Source: Gaiellaceae bacterium (GTDB lineage Bacteria; Actinomycetota; Thermoleophilia; Gaiellales; Gaiellaceae). From it: DNA of 64,000 bases. How positions within the stretch are numbered: the stretch's first letter is position 1; each line of letters starts with the position of its first letter. Both the position numbers and the translations under genes were made by a program. Location: contig DASWDJ010000195.1 of the NCBI GenBank assembly GCA_036395295.1, positions 2,283-66,282 on the forward strand, given 5' to 3'. The notes beneath the pieces are model-generated. The model did not search any database. It was not told the DNA's origin and was given only the letters and a program-made list of their open reading frames with translations. Shown here piece after piece: positions 43,174-52,991 of this stretch.

Positions 43174-46100
43174 GTGTTGCAAAGGAACGCCCTCGCCTGG
43201 CCGCGTCGCCTCCTGCTTCCGATCGCGCTCGGGCTGCGCCGCGTGGCTGCGCGTCCAACCGCTTTCGTCCTGGCCGGAGCCGGGATCGCGCTGGCGGCCT
43301 GCGCCCTGGCGACGGTCTCGGCCGCGAGCTTAGTCGTGCAGGATCGCGCCCTCGCGCGCGCGATCGCGAAGCTCCCGCCGGGGGAGCGGGCCGTCCGGGT
43401 GACCTGGGTCGGGGTGAGCCACCGCCCGGGCGACCGCTGGGTTGCCCTAGACCGGCAGGTGCGGACGGCGACCGCACGGGTCGGCACGCAGCCGCCGACC
43501 GCTGTGATGCTCTATCGCGAGACGTGGCTCGGGAAGACGCTCGTCCGCCTCGGCGCGGTCGATGGCGTCGCGCGGGTCGTCGACCTGCGCTCAGGCAGGG
43601 TCCCGCAACCCTGTCGGCCTGCTCGCTGCGAGGTGGTCGCAATCGGACCGGGAAGCTCCGTGTCCGCCGTCCCGGGGCTCGTTGCTCGTGACCGCGGCTC
43701 CCTCCTCGCCGGACCGGCGCGTGCCTTCTTCGTCGGTGCGGTGCCGGGAGGTCGGCTTCGGCTGGCCGAAGGAGTCGAAGCAACATCGCGCCTACCCGAG
43801 CTGGGGTTCTCCTTGCGAACGTACGGGTGGCTCGCGCCGATCCGCCCGGGCGAGGTCCGGGCTTGGGAGCTCGACGATTTTCAGGCCCGGCTCGTCCGTG
43901 CTCGGACGATCCTCCAGGCTCGCTCCTCTCGCTTCGACCTGGCGGCGCCCACCGACGCGCTCGCAGACGCGGGGGCAAAGTCCAGGATCGCGGGACGGCG
44001 CCTACTCCTGGTCGGTGGGGAGGCGGTCGTCATGCTGCTCGCGTTCGTCCTGCTCGCGGGATCGCGGCTGCGCACGGGTGCGCGCGCGACGGCACGGCGG
44101 CTCGAATGGTTCGGCGCCGGCCGCTGGCAGATTCGACTGAGCGCGCTCGCCGAGGCGGCCGTCGTGGTCGTGCCCGCGACGGTGCTCGGCTGGCTCCTCG
44201 GGGTCGCCGCTACGCTCGTCCTCGCCGAGGTCACCGATACACCCGCAGGCGCGCTCATCGGCCGCTCCGTCGCCTCGCCCCGTGCCGCGGCGTTGTTGCT
44301 CGCGGTCGCCGGCGCCGGAATCCTCGTTCTCTATCTCGGTGCCCGCGTGCAGACGATCCCGATCGGGGCGCGAACGATCTCCGTCGCGGATGTGGCCGGC
44401 GCGGGCGCCCTCACCGCGGTGCTCGTCGCGTATGCAGCCGGCGCCGGCGATGCCCGGTCGCTCGCCTCCAGCGACGGGACCGGCTTCGTGCTCCTGCTCC
44501 TGCCCGCCCTGATCGCGCTCGCTGCGGCAGTCGCCCTGGCGCGCCTCCTGGTACCCGCGCTTCGTCTTGTGGAGCGGCTTGCGCCGCACCGTTCGCCTTC
44601 GTCCAGGCTTGCGCTCCTCTCGCTGGCACGGGCACCTGGGACAGCGACCACGGCCGTCGTCGTCGTCGGCGTCAGCATCGGTCTCGCCGTCTTCGCTACG
44701 GCCTATCGCTCGACGCTGCTCCGCAACCAGGCAGACCACGCATCGTTCGAGAACCCGCTCGACTTCGACGTCCGGGCGCAGGGCACGCCGATCGGGGATG
44801 CCTACGCCGCCCGCTTCGGCGCCGTTCCCGTCGTTCGCCGAGCCGGGGAAGCGCCGTCGCTCGAGCGTCGCGCCGTCACCCTGCTCGGTCTCCCCGCAGG
44901 CGCGCTGCCGCGGCTTCGCTGGCGAGACGACTTCGCCGCCCTCTCGCGCGGAGAGCTCGCAAGCCGCATCGGCGGTCCCCCGGTGAGTTTGCGCGGGATC
45001 GCCCTCCCGGCCGACGCGCACGCTCTCGAGCTACCGGTCACCGTCCGTGGTGATCCGATCAAGCTCTCCGTGAACATCCGGACGAAGCACGGCGGCTTTC
45101 TCGTCGTCGATCTCGGCGAACCGCCGACGGGGCGGCCGACACTCGCGCGTGCCCGGCTGCCCGCTGCCGCCAGAGGAGGGCTGATCGTCGGGATGCCCGT
45201 CGAGTTCACGAGCGCCGAAGCGTTCACCGCCGCGCACCGGGCGACGGGCACCGCTCCTCCGCTCGACGTCTTTCGAGCAGGCGTCCTCATACTCGGCACG
45301 CCGCGCGCGACCGGGCGGAACGGGATTCGCCGACTAGCGGTCGACTACCGCGACTGGGTCGGCTCGCAGGGTGGGGCGCGGACCGGGTCACCGGCCGCAA
45401 ACGAGCTGCGCGTCCGCTACCTGCTCACACAGCAGCAACTCTTTCGCCTCCGTCCTCGTCAGCCCACGGACGGCTCCCCGATCCCCGTGCTCGCCTCCAA
45501 GTCGCTCGCGCGCGCTGCGGGCGCAAACGGCGTGCTGCCGCTTTACGTGGGCACGGCATCGGTGAACGTGCGAATCGCGGCCACCGCGCGGCTCTTCCCG
45601 TCCTTGTCGGGAGATTTCGTGGTCGCCGACCGGTCGCGGCTCGAGACCGCCCTCAATGCGGCGGTTCCGGGCTCGGCGCTCGCCGACGAGGCCTGGGTCG
45701 CGGGAGGGCCTGGTCTCGGGGCGCGTCTTGCCGACACGGCCCCGGCCCCTGTTCGCGTCAGCTCGCGGCGCGCGCGCGAGGCGGAGCTGCGGGACGACCC
45801 GCTTGCCCGCGGCTTCCTCCTCGTCCTCGCCGCCGCCGCTGCGGCGGCGCTCGCGCTCTCCCTCGTCGGGCTCGCGCTGACGATCTCGGTCGATCTCCGC
45901 GACGAAGCCGGTGAGCTCTTCGATCTCGAGACGCAAGGGTTGGGTCCGGCGGGGCTCCGGCGCCATCTGCGACTGCGTGCTCTCGCAGTTCTCCTCGCCG
46001 GCCTCGTGGGCGGGCTCGCGATCGGCGGTGCGTTGACGCTGGCGGTGGTCGAGGCGCTCGCAGTGAGCGCGAACTCGACCGACCCCGTGCCGCCGCTCGT

Positions 46101-46233
46101 GCTCGAGCCCGGGTGGGTCGCGCTCTTCCTGTCGCTCGGCATCTTCGTCGCACTCGCGCTCGTCGCCTGCGGTCTGCAGACGCGAGCTGCCTTTCGGGAC
46201 CGCACGGCGGTCAGCTCCCCGGAGGCGACGTGA
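43174..46233 (+). CDS. large FtsX-like ABC transporter permease (two FtsX modules with large extracytoplasmic loops)
   Basis: 1019 aa with a GTG start. Hydrophobic clusters near residues 20-40, 270-470 and 900-1010 are separated by long soluble regions. It is translationally coupled (GTGA) to the ATPase gene. Confidence 0.7.
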   Translation: MLQRNALAWPRRLLLPIALGLRRVAARPTAFVLAGAGIALAACALATVSAASLVVQDRALARAIAKLPPGERAVRVTWVGVSHRPGDRWVALDRQVRTATARVGTQPPTAVMLYRETWLGKTLVRLGAVDGVARVVDLRSGRVPQPCRPARCEVVAIGPGSSVSAVPGLVARDRGSLLAGPARAFFVGAVPGGRLRLAEGVEATSRLPELGFSLRTYGWLAPIRPGEVRAWELDDFQARLVRARTILQARSSRFDLAAPTDALADAGAKSRIAGRRLLLVGGEAVVMLLAFVLLAGSRLRTGARATARRLEWFGAGRWQIRLSALAEAAVVVVPATVLGWLLGVAATLVLAEVTDTPAGALIGRSVASPRAAALLLAVAGAGILVLYLGARVQTIPIGARTISVADVAGAGALTAVLVAYAAGAGDARSLASSDGTGFVLLLLPALIALAAAVALARLLVPALRLVERLAPHRSPSSRLALLSLARAPGTATTAVVVVGVSIGLAVFATAYRSTLLRNQADHASFENPLDFDVRAQGTPIGDAYAARFGAVPVVRRAGEAPSLERRAVTLLGLPAGALPRLRWRDDFAALSRGELASRIGGPPVSLRGIALPADAHALELPVTVRGDPIKLSVNIRTKHGGFLVVDLGEPPTGRPTLARARLPAAARGGLIVGMPVEFTSAEAFTAAHRATGTAPPLDVFRAGVLILGTPRATGRNGIRRLAVDYRDWVGSQGGARTGSPAANELRVRYLLTQQQLFRLRPRQPTDGSPIPVLASKSLARAAGANGVLPLYVGTASVNVRIAATARLFPSLSGDFVVADRSRLETALNAAVPGSALADEAWVAGGPGLGARLADTAPAPVRVSSRRAREAELRDDPLARGFLLVLAAAAAAALALSLVGLALTISVDLRDEAGELFDLETQGLGPAGLRRHLRLRALAVLLAGLVGGLAIGGALTLAVVEALAVSANSTDPVPPLVLEPGWVALFLSLGIFVALALVACGLQTRAAFRDRTAVSSPEAT

Positions 46234-47780
46234 CGCCCGCGGTCGAGGTCGAGGACGTCTTCCGCGTCTACGCGACGGAGGAGGGCACCGCCGCCGCGCT
46301 CCAGGGCCTCAGCGTCACCGTGCACCCGGGAGAGATCGTCGTGGTGCTCGGTCCGAGTGGCTCGGGCAAGACGACGCTGCTCAGGATCCTCGCGGGGCTG
46401 GACCCCCCTTCGGCGGGACAGGTACGCGTCTTCGGCGTCGATCTGCGCCGCCTGCGCGGCCGGCGTCTCGACCGCTATCGAACCGGGCGGCTCGGCTACG
46501 CCGACCAGCGCTATGCGCAGGCGCTTGCCCCCGAGCTGACCGCCTCCGAGCTGGTGTCGCTGCGGTTGGCGCTCGCCGGCGCGCCCCCCCGGTCGCGGCG
46601 CCGGCGCGCAAGCGAGCTCTTGGGCCAGGTCGGCTTGGCCGAACGTGCCGATGCCTACCCGCGCGAGCTCTCCGGCGGCGAGCAGCAGCGCGTCGCGCTC
46701 TGCGCGGCACTCGCCCATCGGCCGCCCCTGTTGCTGGCAGACGAGCCGACCGGCGAGCTCGACGCCGAGAACGCGGCGGTCGTCTACGAGCTGATCGGCG
46801 AGCTCGCCCGCGCCGAGGAGACGACCGTCGTGCTCGTCAGCCACGACCCGAGCTCAGCCTCGATCGCGGACCGGATCGTGCACATCCGCGACGGGCGCGT
46901 GAGCGCGGAAAGCGCGCGGCGGCAGCCGGAGACCGAAGAGATCGTCGTCGCCCGCGGCGGCTGGCTGAGGCTCCCGGAGGAGCTGCTCCGGCGAAGTGGT
47001 ATCTCGTCGCGAGCGCGGGCGAGGCTGGAACGGGAAGCGATCGTAGTCGAGTCGACCGAGGACGGCTCCGCGACGGCCTTGCCCCCGCCGCCGCCCACGG
47101 ACGATGGGCCCGCGGCCGGCCCGCGCGGCGTCGCCGTCGAGCTTCGCGGCGTCCGGAAGAGCCACGGCACCGGCCGGAACGAGCGGCTCGTCTTCTCAGG
47201 GCTGACGGCTTCGATCTACTCGGGCAGGCTCACCGTCGTCACGGGCCCCTCCGGCTCCGGCAAGACGACGCTCCTCAACCTGCTCGCCGGTCTCGACCTG
47301 ACGGATGCGGGTGAGGTCGTCGTTCTCGGCACGCCACTCGCCGAGCTCGACCGCGGTCAACGCGCCGAGTTTCGGCGTGAGCGGCTTGCGCTCGTTGCGC
47401 AGGAGCCGCCCTTGGTCTCGTTCCTGAGCGCGCACGAGAACGTCGTTCTCTTTCTCGGACTGCGCGAGCTCGACGAGGCTGAGCGTTCGGAGCGTGCGCA
47501 CGAGGCGCTCGCGGCCGTGGGGCTCGAGCAGCTCGCGGAGCAGCGCGTCTCGCAGCTTTCGACCGGTGAGCAGGAGCGGGTCGCGATCGCGCGCGCCCTG
47601 GCCTCGGCGCCGGCCCTCCTGCTCGCCGACGAGCCGACCGCCCGGCTCGACCACGCGAACGCTCTCGCGATCGGCGCGCTCCTGTCCAGGGTCGCGCGCG
47701 AGCACGGCGTGGCGGTGGTCTGTGCCACCCACGATCCGACCGTGATCGAGCAGGCCGACGCGCAGCTGGCGCTGGCTTAG
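46230..47780 (+). CDS. ABC transporter ATP-binding protein with two fused MacB/LolD-type cassettes
   Basis: Cassette 1: GPSGSGKTTLLRILAG, LSGGEQQRVAL, LLLADEPTGELD. Cassette 2: GPSGSGKTTLLNLLAG, LSTGEQERVAIARAL, LLLADEPTARLD. Confidence 0.85.
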   Translation: MTPAVEVEDVFRVYATEEGTAAALQGLSVTVHPGEIVVVLGPSGSGKTTLLRILAGLDPPSAGQVRVFGVDLRRLRGRRLDRYRTGRLGYADQRYAQALAPELTASELVSLRLALAGAPPRSRRRRASELLGQVGLAERADAYPRELSGGEQQRVALCAALAHRPPLLLADEPTGELDAENAAVVYELIGELARAEETTVVLVSHDPSSASIADRIVHIRDGRVSAESARRQPETEEIVVARGGWLRLPEELLRRSGISSRARARLEREAIVVESTEDGSATALPPPPPTDDGPAAGPRGVAVELRGVRKSHGTGRNERLVFSGLTASIYSGRLTVVTGPSGSGKTTLLNLLAGLDLTDAGEVVVLGTPLAELDRGQRAEFRRERLALVAQEPPLVSFLSAHENVVLFLGLRELDEAERSERAHEALAAVGLEQLAEQRVSQLSTGEQERVAIARALASAPALLLADEPTARLDHANALAIGALLSRVAREHGVAVVCATHDPTVIEQADAQLALA

Positions 47781-48919
47781 GAGGCGAGGAGATGACGGTT
47801 CTGGGCGAGCGCTTCGAGGACGAGGTCGACGTCCTCGAGCGAGTTGTAGGCGTGCGCCGAGACCCGCAGGTTGCCGTCTCGCTCCGACGTGATGATGCCC
47901 CAGCGCCCCAGCGCGGCGACGAGCTCCTCCACGTCGTGCGAGCGCACGCAGATCAGGGCTCCGTGGCGGTCACGCTCGCGCGGCGTCACGACCGTGCCGC
48001 CGAGCTCGTCGATGCCTGCGACCAGGTGGGCGTTCAGGTGCAGCACGTGCTCGCGCGTCTCCTCGATCCCGATCTCCTCGATGAGCTCGATGCCCGCGAT
48101 GCCGGCGTAGATCGACGGGATCGGCGGTGTGCCCGACTGGAAGCGCCTGGCCGTCGGCGACGGGGAGTAGTCCCAGGCGTCCATCTGGAAGATGTCCTGG
48201 TCGGCGAACCAGCCTGTCGCCGTCGGCCACACGCGCTCGAAGAGCTCTCGCCGGCAGTAGAAGAAGGCGAGACCGGCCGAGCCCAGCAGGTACTTGACCG
48301 TGCCTGCCGAGAGGAGGTCGACGCCCAGCTCCTTCACGTCCAGCGGCACCGAGCCGGCCGACTGGTACGCGTCCAGCAGCACCAGCGCCCCGCGCTCGTG
48401 CGCGAGCTCGACGACGCGCTCGACGTCGATCATCTCCCCGGTCCGGTACGAGACGTGTGTGATCGAGACGACCGCCGTGTCGTCGTCGATCGCCCGCTCG
48501 AAGCCGTCGAGCGGCACGTGCACGACGCGGGCCCCGCGGGACTCTTGCGCGTGCCAGATCTGGCCCACGGTCGGGAACTCGAGGTCGGTCGTCACGATCT
48601 TCGAGCGCTTCGCGTAGCGCAGACCGCTCGCGAGTGCGCTGACGCCGGCCGAGAGCGAGGTCGTGACCGCGATCTCGTCCGGCTCTGCCTTGACGAGGCG
48701 GGCAAACGCGCCCCGTGCCGCGTCCGTGCGCTCGACCCAGTACTCCCACGGCGCGCCCTTCTCCTCCCAGTCGCCCAGGTACCGTTCGTACGAGTCGCGC
48801 ACGGCGTCCGACAGCGCGCCCTGCGAGCACGAGTTGATGTAGGCGAGCCGTTCGAAGATCGGAAACCGGTGCCGGATCCGATCTGGAAGCGGGCCGGACG
48901 ATATGGGTTTGGGCGACAC
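47777..48919 (-). CDS. class V aminotransferase-fold PLP-dependent enzyme
   Basis: 380 aa. Contains FPIFERLAYINSCSQG and the candidate PLP-lysine region SAGTVKYLLG. Confidence 0.75.
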   Translation of the reverse strand: MSPKPISSGPLPDRIRHRFPIFERLAYINSCSQGALSDAVRDSYERYLGDWEEKGAPWEYWVERTDAARGAFARLVKAEPDEIAVTTSLSAGVSALASGLRYAKRSKIVTTDLEFPTVGQIWHAQESRGARVVHVPLDGFERAIDDDTAVVSITHVSYRTGEMIDVERVVELAHERGALVLLDAYQSAGSVPLDVKELGVDLLSAGTVKYLLGSAGLAFFYCRRELFERVWPTATGWFADQDIFQMDAWDYSPSPTARRFQSGTPPIPSIYAGIAGIELIEEIGIEETREHVLHLNAHLVAGIDELGGTVVTPRERDRHGALICVRSHDVEELVAALGRWGIITSERDGNLRVSAHAYNSLEDVDLVLEALAQNRHLLAS

Positions 48920-48949
48920 AGTCCGCGAAATGATCGCGGATGGTCGTCG

Positions 48950-51900
48950 TCAGCGACGAACGGTCACGTACAGAGCGCAGGCGGCAGAGCTGATAGCGGC
49001 TGCGATGGCGGTTGCGACCTGCCATCCGCTTCCGTCGCTGAAGGCATCCCAGATCTTCGGTGCGGTCTCGTAGATGAGAAAGGCGGACGCGCCCGCGATC
49101 AGCGCGAGCGAGACAAAACCTCCCCAGGGCCGGACGAGGTACTTGTTCAGCCTGCTCTGAAAGCCGCGCGGCAGGCCGACGCCGCGGAGGAGCGGGATGC
49201 CGACCACGGCGCTCAGCACGAGCACGGAGACCTTTCCGTTCGGATGGACAGCGTCGGGAGCAGCGACGAGCTCCGCCCACCCGATGTTGCCGATCCAAAG
49301 GCCGAGCACGATCGCGGCCAGCGGCCCCAGCGCGAGCGCGACGCCCCAGGCTCCGTCCCGCACCCGGCGCCACTTGTTCGTGCCTCGCCACGCGCGGAAG
49401 AGCGGCAGGAAGACGACGCCGACGATCGCCAGGAGCGCGATCGCCGCGATTGCGGCCGGAATCGAGAAGAGCTGCGTGACCCTGCCGTGCTCTGTTCGGT
49501 CGGTCGTGAGGATGCGGGCGACAAGGAACGAGACCGCCGCGGCGAACCCGGCGACGACGCCGAGCCGGTTCCAGTATGAGCGCGCCACCATTCCCGCCGC
49601 CGGAAGAAGCGGAGCACGCACGACGCCGAGCAGCTGCGCAAGCGGAAGCTTGGCCGCTCGGATCGCGCCCACCCCGACCAAGGCGGCGTGGGTCACCGTC
49701 CTGACCGCGAGGTTGCTGGCCAGCTCGTCCTTGCTGTCGCGGCCAAGCCTCTCCGGAAGGCTCTCGCCGCGCACTCTCTCGATCGCGGCTCGGATGCCGC
49801 CCTCTTCCGGCAGCTTCAGCGGCTTGCTCAGCGTTCCGAGTCGTCGGTCTCTCAGAGACTGCTCGGCGACGTGTGGAAGCTCCTGGCGGACGATTTCCAG
49901 CTGCGCGGCGCGGGTGCAGACGAGTCGGGCCAGCACTCCGCCCGCTCCCTCGGAGAGGTCGGCTTCGAGCGCGTTCTGCAGGTGGGGCCGAAGCTGCCCC
50001 GCGCTCGGCTGCTCGGCAAAGTCGTACGGCTCCAGGGCAGCTTGAACGACATCAGGCCCATGCGCACGCGCATCCACGAGCGCCTCGTGCAGGAGCCAAA
50101 GCTGCTCGGCCGAAGCGTCGTCCCCGGCGAGTTGCTGCGCCAGGACGGCCCAGGGATCTGGGAGGTCGTTGTCGGTGTCGGAGACCCACTGTGCGCGATT
50201 TGCCCGGACGAGCAGCTGGACGATTCGCGCCGCAGCATCGAGTCGCCCCCACATGAAGTCGTTGGCCCGCCAGGAATACCGGTAGAAGCCCGAGAAGTGA
50301 GAGAGCTTGGTGCCGGTCAGCTTCTCGTCGGGCGTGTCCGGCCCGGGCTCCTGCACCGGCGTTCGTGTGAAGATTGGCGAGGGCGCGAACGGCGTCAGCT
50401 GCGCGAAGTGGAGCTCCTGGCCCGTCTCGACCGCTTCCTCTGTGAAGAAGGCCCGGCGCACCACTTCCATCGCGAGGGTTCGCCGGAGGAAGAAGGCGAA
50501 CATCTCCGCGGTCAGCTTCGTTGCGCCTGCCCACGTCGGCCCGAAGAGTGCTTCTGCAACCGCCTTGCCGGGCTCGAGGTCGCCAAGCTGCTGGGAGATC
50601 CCGAGCGCGACTGCGGCCGCGCTTCTGACGGCTTCGAAGGTCGGGCCGATGAAATCGGTCGCTTGCTCCTGAAGGGCGGCGAGCTCGGCGGAGATGTCCG
50701 ATTCCGACGCGAGCTTCCCGACGGCGGCTCGGATCACGGGGTCAGCCGACATCGCGTCGAGCTGCGCCTGTAGACCAGCGAGCAGCGCTTCGATTTCGGC
50801 TCTGGCCGCGAGTACGCCCTCGCGCTCCATCGGGTTCGGCGCCGCTCCGGCGAAGGCTTCGCGGATCAGGTCGAGGACCAGATGCATGATGCGCATGGCG
50901 ACCCGGATGCCCCACCTCCACTCCGCGGACGTCGCCGGCGGCTCGAGACCAGTCGGAATCCACGGCAGTTCGGAGTCGGCGGCCTCCACGTGCCGGGAAG
51001 CGGCATCGACAGCGGCCGGGTCGTCGAGGAAATCCTCGAGGGCGAGTACCCTCCGCCGCCGCCTATATTGCGTGAGCAGCGTTTGCGCCGTCGCGGACAG
51101 TGAATCGATGTCGACCGCGATCAGCGCCTTTCGGGTCTCGGTTGCGAATCTGCTGCGCCGAACTGCGTGCTGGATCGCATCGAGCTCGTCGACGAAGGGC
51201 GCCTGCCGCGGGAGATTAATCACGTATCCGATGACGTCCTGAATGGTCGGTTCCTTCGGGATGTAGGTGGGTCCCTTCTCCGGCAGCGGCGGGTCGGCGT
51301 TCACGTAGCACACGAATCGCTGCACCTGCCGGGCCGCGGCCCGCTCCGGGATCAGCTGCAGGACGGCCCGGACCGGCGCGTTGTCGAGCAGTCCGCCGTC
51401 GATCGCGTAGCGCTCGAACGGAAAGCCGGCGAGCTGCAGCGGCTCGGCTCCGGTCACCTTCCAGGGCTCGAAGGCGATGGGGAACGAGGCGGACGAGCGC
51501 GCGGCCTGCGCGAGGCTGTCCCAGGTGAAGTCGGCGGGCTTGCGGAACTTGAAGCGCGCGCGATACTGGCGTGCGACGAGCTGCTGGCCCCACCGGTCGG
51601 CGTAGCGCCGCTCCTCGCCGAAGACGTTGGTCGCCGTCACGTCGAGCTTCGCGTCCAGGGGCTCAATCGCGGTCTGATTTGCAGGGAGGGCCACGAGATC
51701 GGCGCTCTCCGCGCCCGGCTCTTGGAGCAGCGCCTTGAACGCTTTCTCCATGGCGTTGTGGAAGAGCTGGCCCTGCATCAGCGACCGCGGCTCTGCGTTG
51801 CTCGTCTTGTGGAGGAGATTCGAGAAGTCGCCGAGGTCGAGCCATCGCTCGCGCACAAAGTCGGGATGAAGTCGTGTGTTCCCGTGGATTGCGGCGGCGA

Positions 51901-52234
51901 GCAGCGCGCCGTTGATGCCGCCCGCACTGGCGCCGCTCATCAGGTCGACGACGAGCTGCCGGTCGAACGCGAGGCAGATCGCGGCGTAGACCGATCGGTC
52001 GGGAGGCTCGTTCGCTGGTTTCCCGGCTGGAGCAAGGCTTTCCGGGCCGAGATGGGCACGGCGCGCACAGTCGAGCTCGACCGCGCACCCACCCATCCAC
52101 ACGGCGAGGCTGACGCCGCCGTTCAATGCCATCGCGACCCGGACCTCCTCGGTCCTCCAGTTGGATGCGACTGCGGCGGCGGCTTCCATTTCGACGGCCC
52201 GCCAAGCATCCCACCCTCCATTAACTCGAGTCAA
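48950..52234 (-). CDS. patatin-like phospholipase with a long helical middle region (DUF3376-like) and a C-terminal multi-TM domain
   Basis: 1094 aa. Glycine-rich oxyanion region MALNGGVSLAVWMGG. GxSxG = GASAG at 51920-51934 (minus strand). Catalytic DGG in IDGGLLDNAP. The last ~270 aa contain about 7 hydrophobic helices. Confidence 0.8.
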   Translation of the reverse strand: MTRVNGGWDAWRAVEMEAAAAVASNWRTEEVRVAMALNGGVSLAVWMGGCAVELDCARRAHLGPESLAPAGKPANEPPDRSVYAAICLAFDRQLVVDLMSGASAGGINGALLAAAIHGNTRLHPDFVRERWLDLGDFSNLLHKTSNAEPRSLMQGQLFHNAMEKAFKALLQEPGAESADLVALPANQTAIEPLDAKLDVTATNVFGEERRYADRWGQQLVARQYRARFKFRKPADFTWDSLAQAARSSASFPIAFEPWKVTGAEPLQLAGFPFERYAIDGGLLDNAPVRAVLQLIPERAAARQVQRFVCYVNADPPLPEKGPTYIPKEPTIQDVIGYVINLPRQAPFVDELDAIQHAVRRSRFATETRKALIAVDIDSLSATAQTLLTQYRRRRRVLALEDFLDDPAAVDAASRHVEAADSELPWIPTGLEPPATSAEWRWGIRVAMRIMHLVLDLIREAFAGAAPNPMEREGVLAARAEIEALLAGLQAQLDAMSADPVIRAAVGKLASESDISAELAALQEQATDFIGPTFEAVRSAAAVALGISQQLGDLEPGKAVAEALFGPTWAGATKLTAEMFAFFLRRTLAMEVVRRAFFTEEAVETGQELHFAQLTPFAPSPIFTRTPVQEPGPDTPDEKLTGTKLSHFSGFYRYSWRANDFMWGRLDAAARIVQLLVRANRAQWVSDTDNDLPDPWAVLAQQLAGDDASAEQLWLLHEALVDARAHGPDVVQAALEPYDFAEQPSAGQLRPHLQNALEADLSEGAGGVLARLVCTRAAQLEIVRQELPHVAEQSLRDRRLGTLSKPLKLPEEGGIRAAIERVRGESLPERLGRDSKDELASNLAVRTVTHAALVGVGAIRAAKLPLAQLLGVVRAPLLPAAGMVARSYWNRLGVVAGFAAAVSFLVARILTTDRTEHGRVTQLFSIPAAIAAIALLAIVGVVFLPLFRAWRGTNKWRRVRDGAWGVALALGPLAAIVLGLWIGNIGWAELVAAPDAVHPNGKVSVLVLSAVVGIPLLRGVGLPRGFQSRLNKYLVRPWGGFVSLALIAGASAFLIYETAPKIWDAFSDGSGWQVATAIAAAISSAACALYVTVRR

Positions 52235-52289
52235 ACGAGCGGTCCGATGCGAGTTCCCTGTCGGGTCCTCGAACGAGTGGCGTCTCGAC

Positions 52290-52991
52290 CTAACGGCCCA
52301 GGTACGCCTTCTTCAGACCCTCATTGGCGAGCAGCTTCTTGGCCTCGTCGGCGAGCACGATGCGGCCCGTCTGCAACACGTAACCGCGATCCGCGATCGA
52401 GAGCGACACGTTTGCGTTCTGCTCCACGACCAGCACGGCGACTCCCGACTCGTGCACCTGCCGGATGATCTCGAAGTTCCGCTCGACGAGGATCGGCGCG
52501 AGCCCCATCGACGGCTCGTCCATCAGTAGGAGCTTCGGCTCGGACATGAGCGCCCGGCCCATCGCAACCATCTGCTGCTCGCCGCCGCTCAGGGTGCCCG
52601 CGAGCTGCTTGCGGCGGTCACGCAGCACGGGGAAGAGCTCGAAGACACGCTCGAGCGCTTCGCCGCCGCCGTTCTTGCGCCGGTATGCGCCCATTTCGAG
52701 GTTCTCGAGGACGGTCATCGGCGCGAACAAGCGGCGATTCTCGGGCACGATCGCCATCCCGCGCCCGATCCGGTAGCTCGTCTTGCGGTCGGTCACGTCC
52801 TCGCCGTCGAACTCGACCGTTCCGCGACGCGGCCGCACGATGCCGATGATCGTCTTCAGCGTCGTCGATTTCCCGGACGCGTTGCCGCCGAGCAGGCAGA
52901 CGAGCTCTCCTTCGCCGACTTCGAGCGAGACGCCCTGGAGGATGTGGATCTCCCCGTAGTACGTGTCGATTTCGCGGAGGCGGAGCAGCAT
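52290..52991 (-). CDS. branched-chain amino acid-type ABC transporter ATP-binding protein (LivF-like)
   Basis: GGNASGKSTT, LSGGEQQMVAMGRAL, LLMDEPSMGLAP. Confidence 0.85.
   Translation of the reverse strand: MLLRLREIDTYYGEIHILQGVSLEVGEGELVCLLGGNASGKSTTLKTIIGIVRPRRGTVEFDGEDVTDRKTSYRIGRGMAIVPENRRLFAPMTVLENLEMGAYRRKNGGGEALERVFELFPVLRDRRKQLAGTLSGGEQQMVAMGRALMSEPKLLLMDEPSMGLAPILVERNFEIIRQVHESGVAVLVVEQNANVSLSIADRGYVLQTGRIVLADEAKKLLANEGLKKAYLGR

Noticed and set aside
48950-52234. The patatin-like protein as a CBASS (CapV-type) effector.
   Set aside because: There is no CD-NTase/cGAS-like nucleotidyltransferase and no other CBASS ancillary gene adjacent. The protein is three times the size of CapV and has the DUF3376-type architecture. 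A defence role remains pure speculation.
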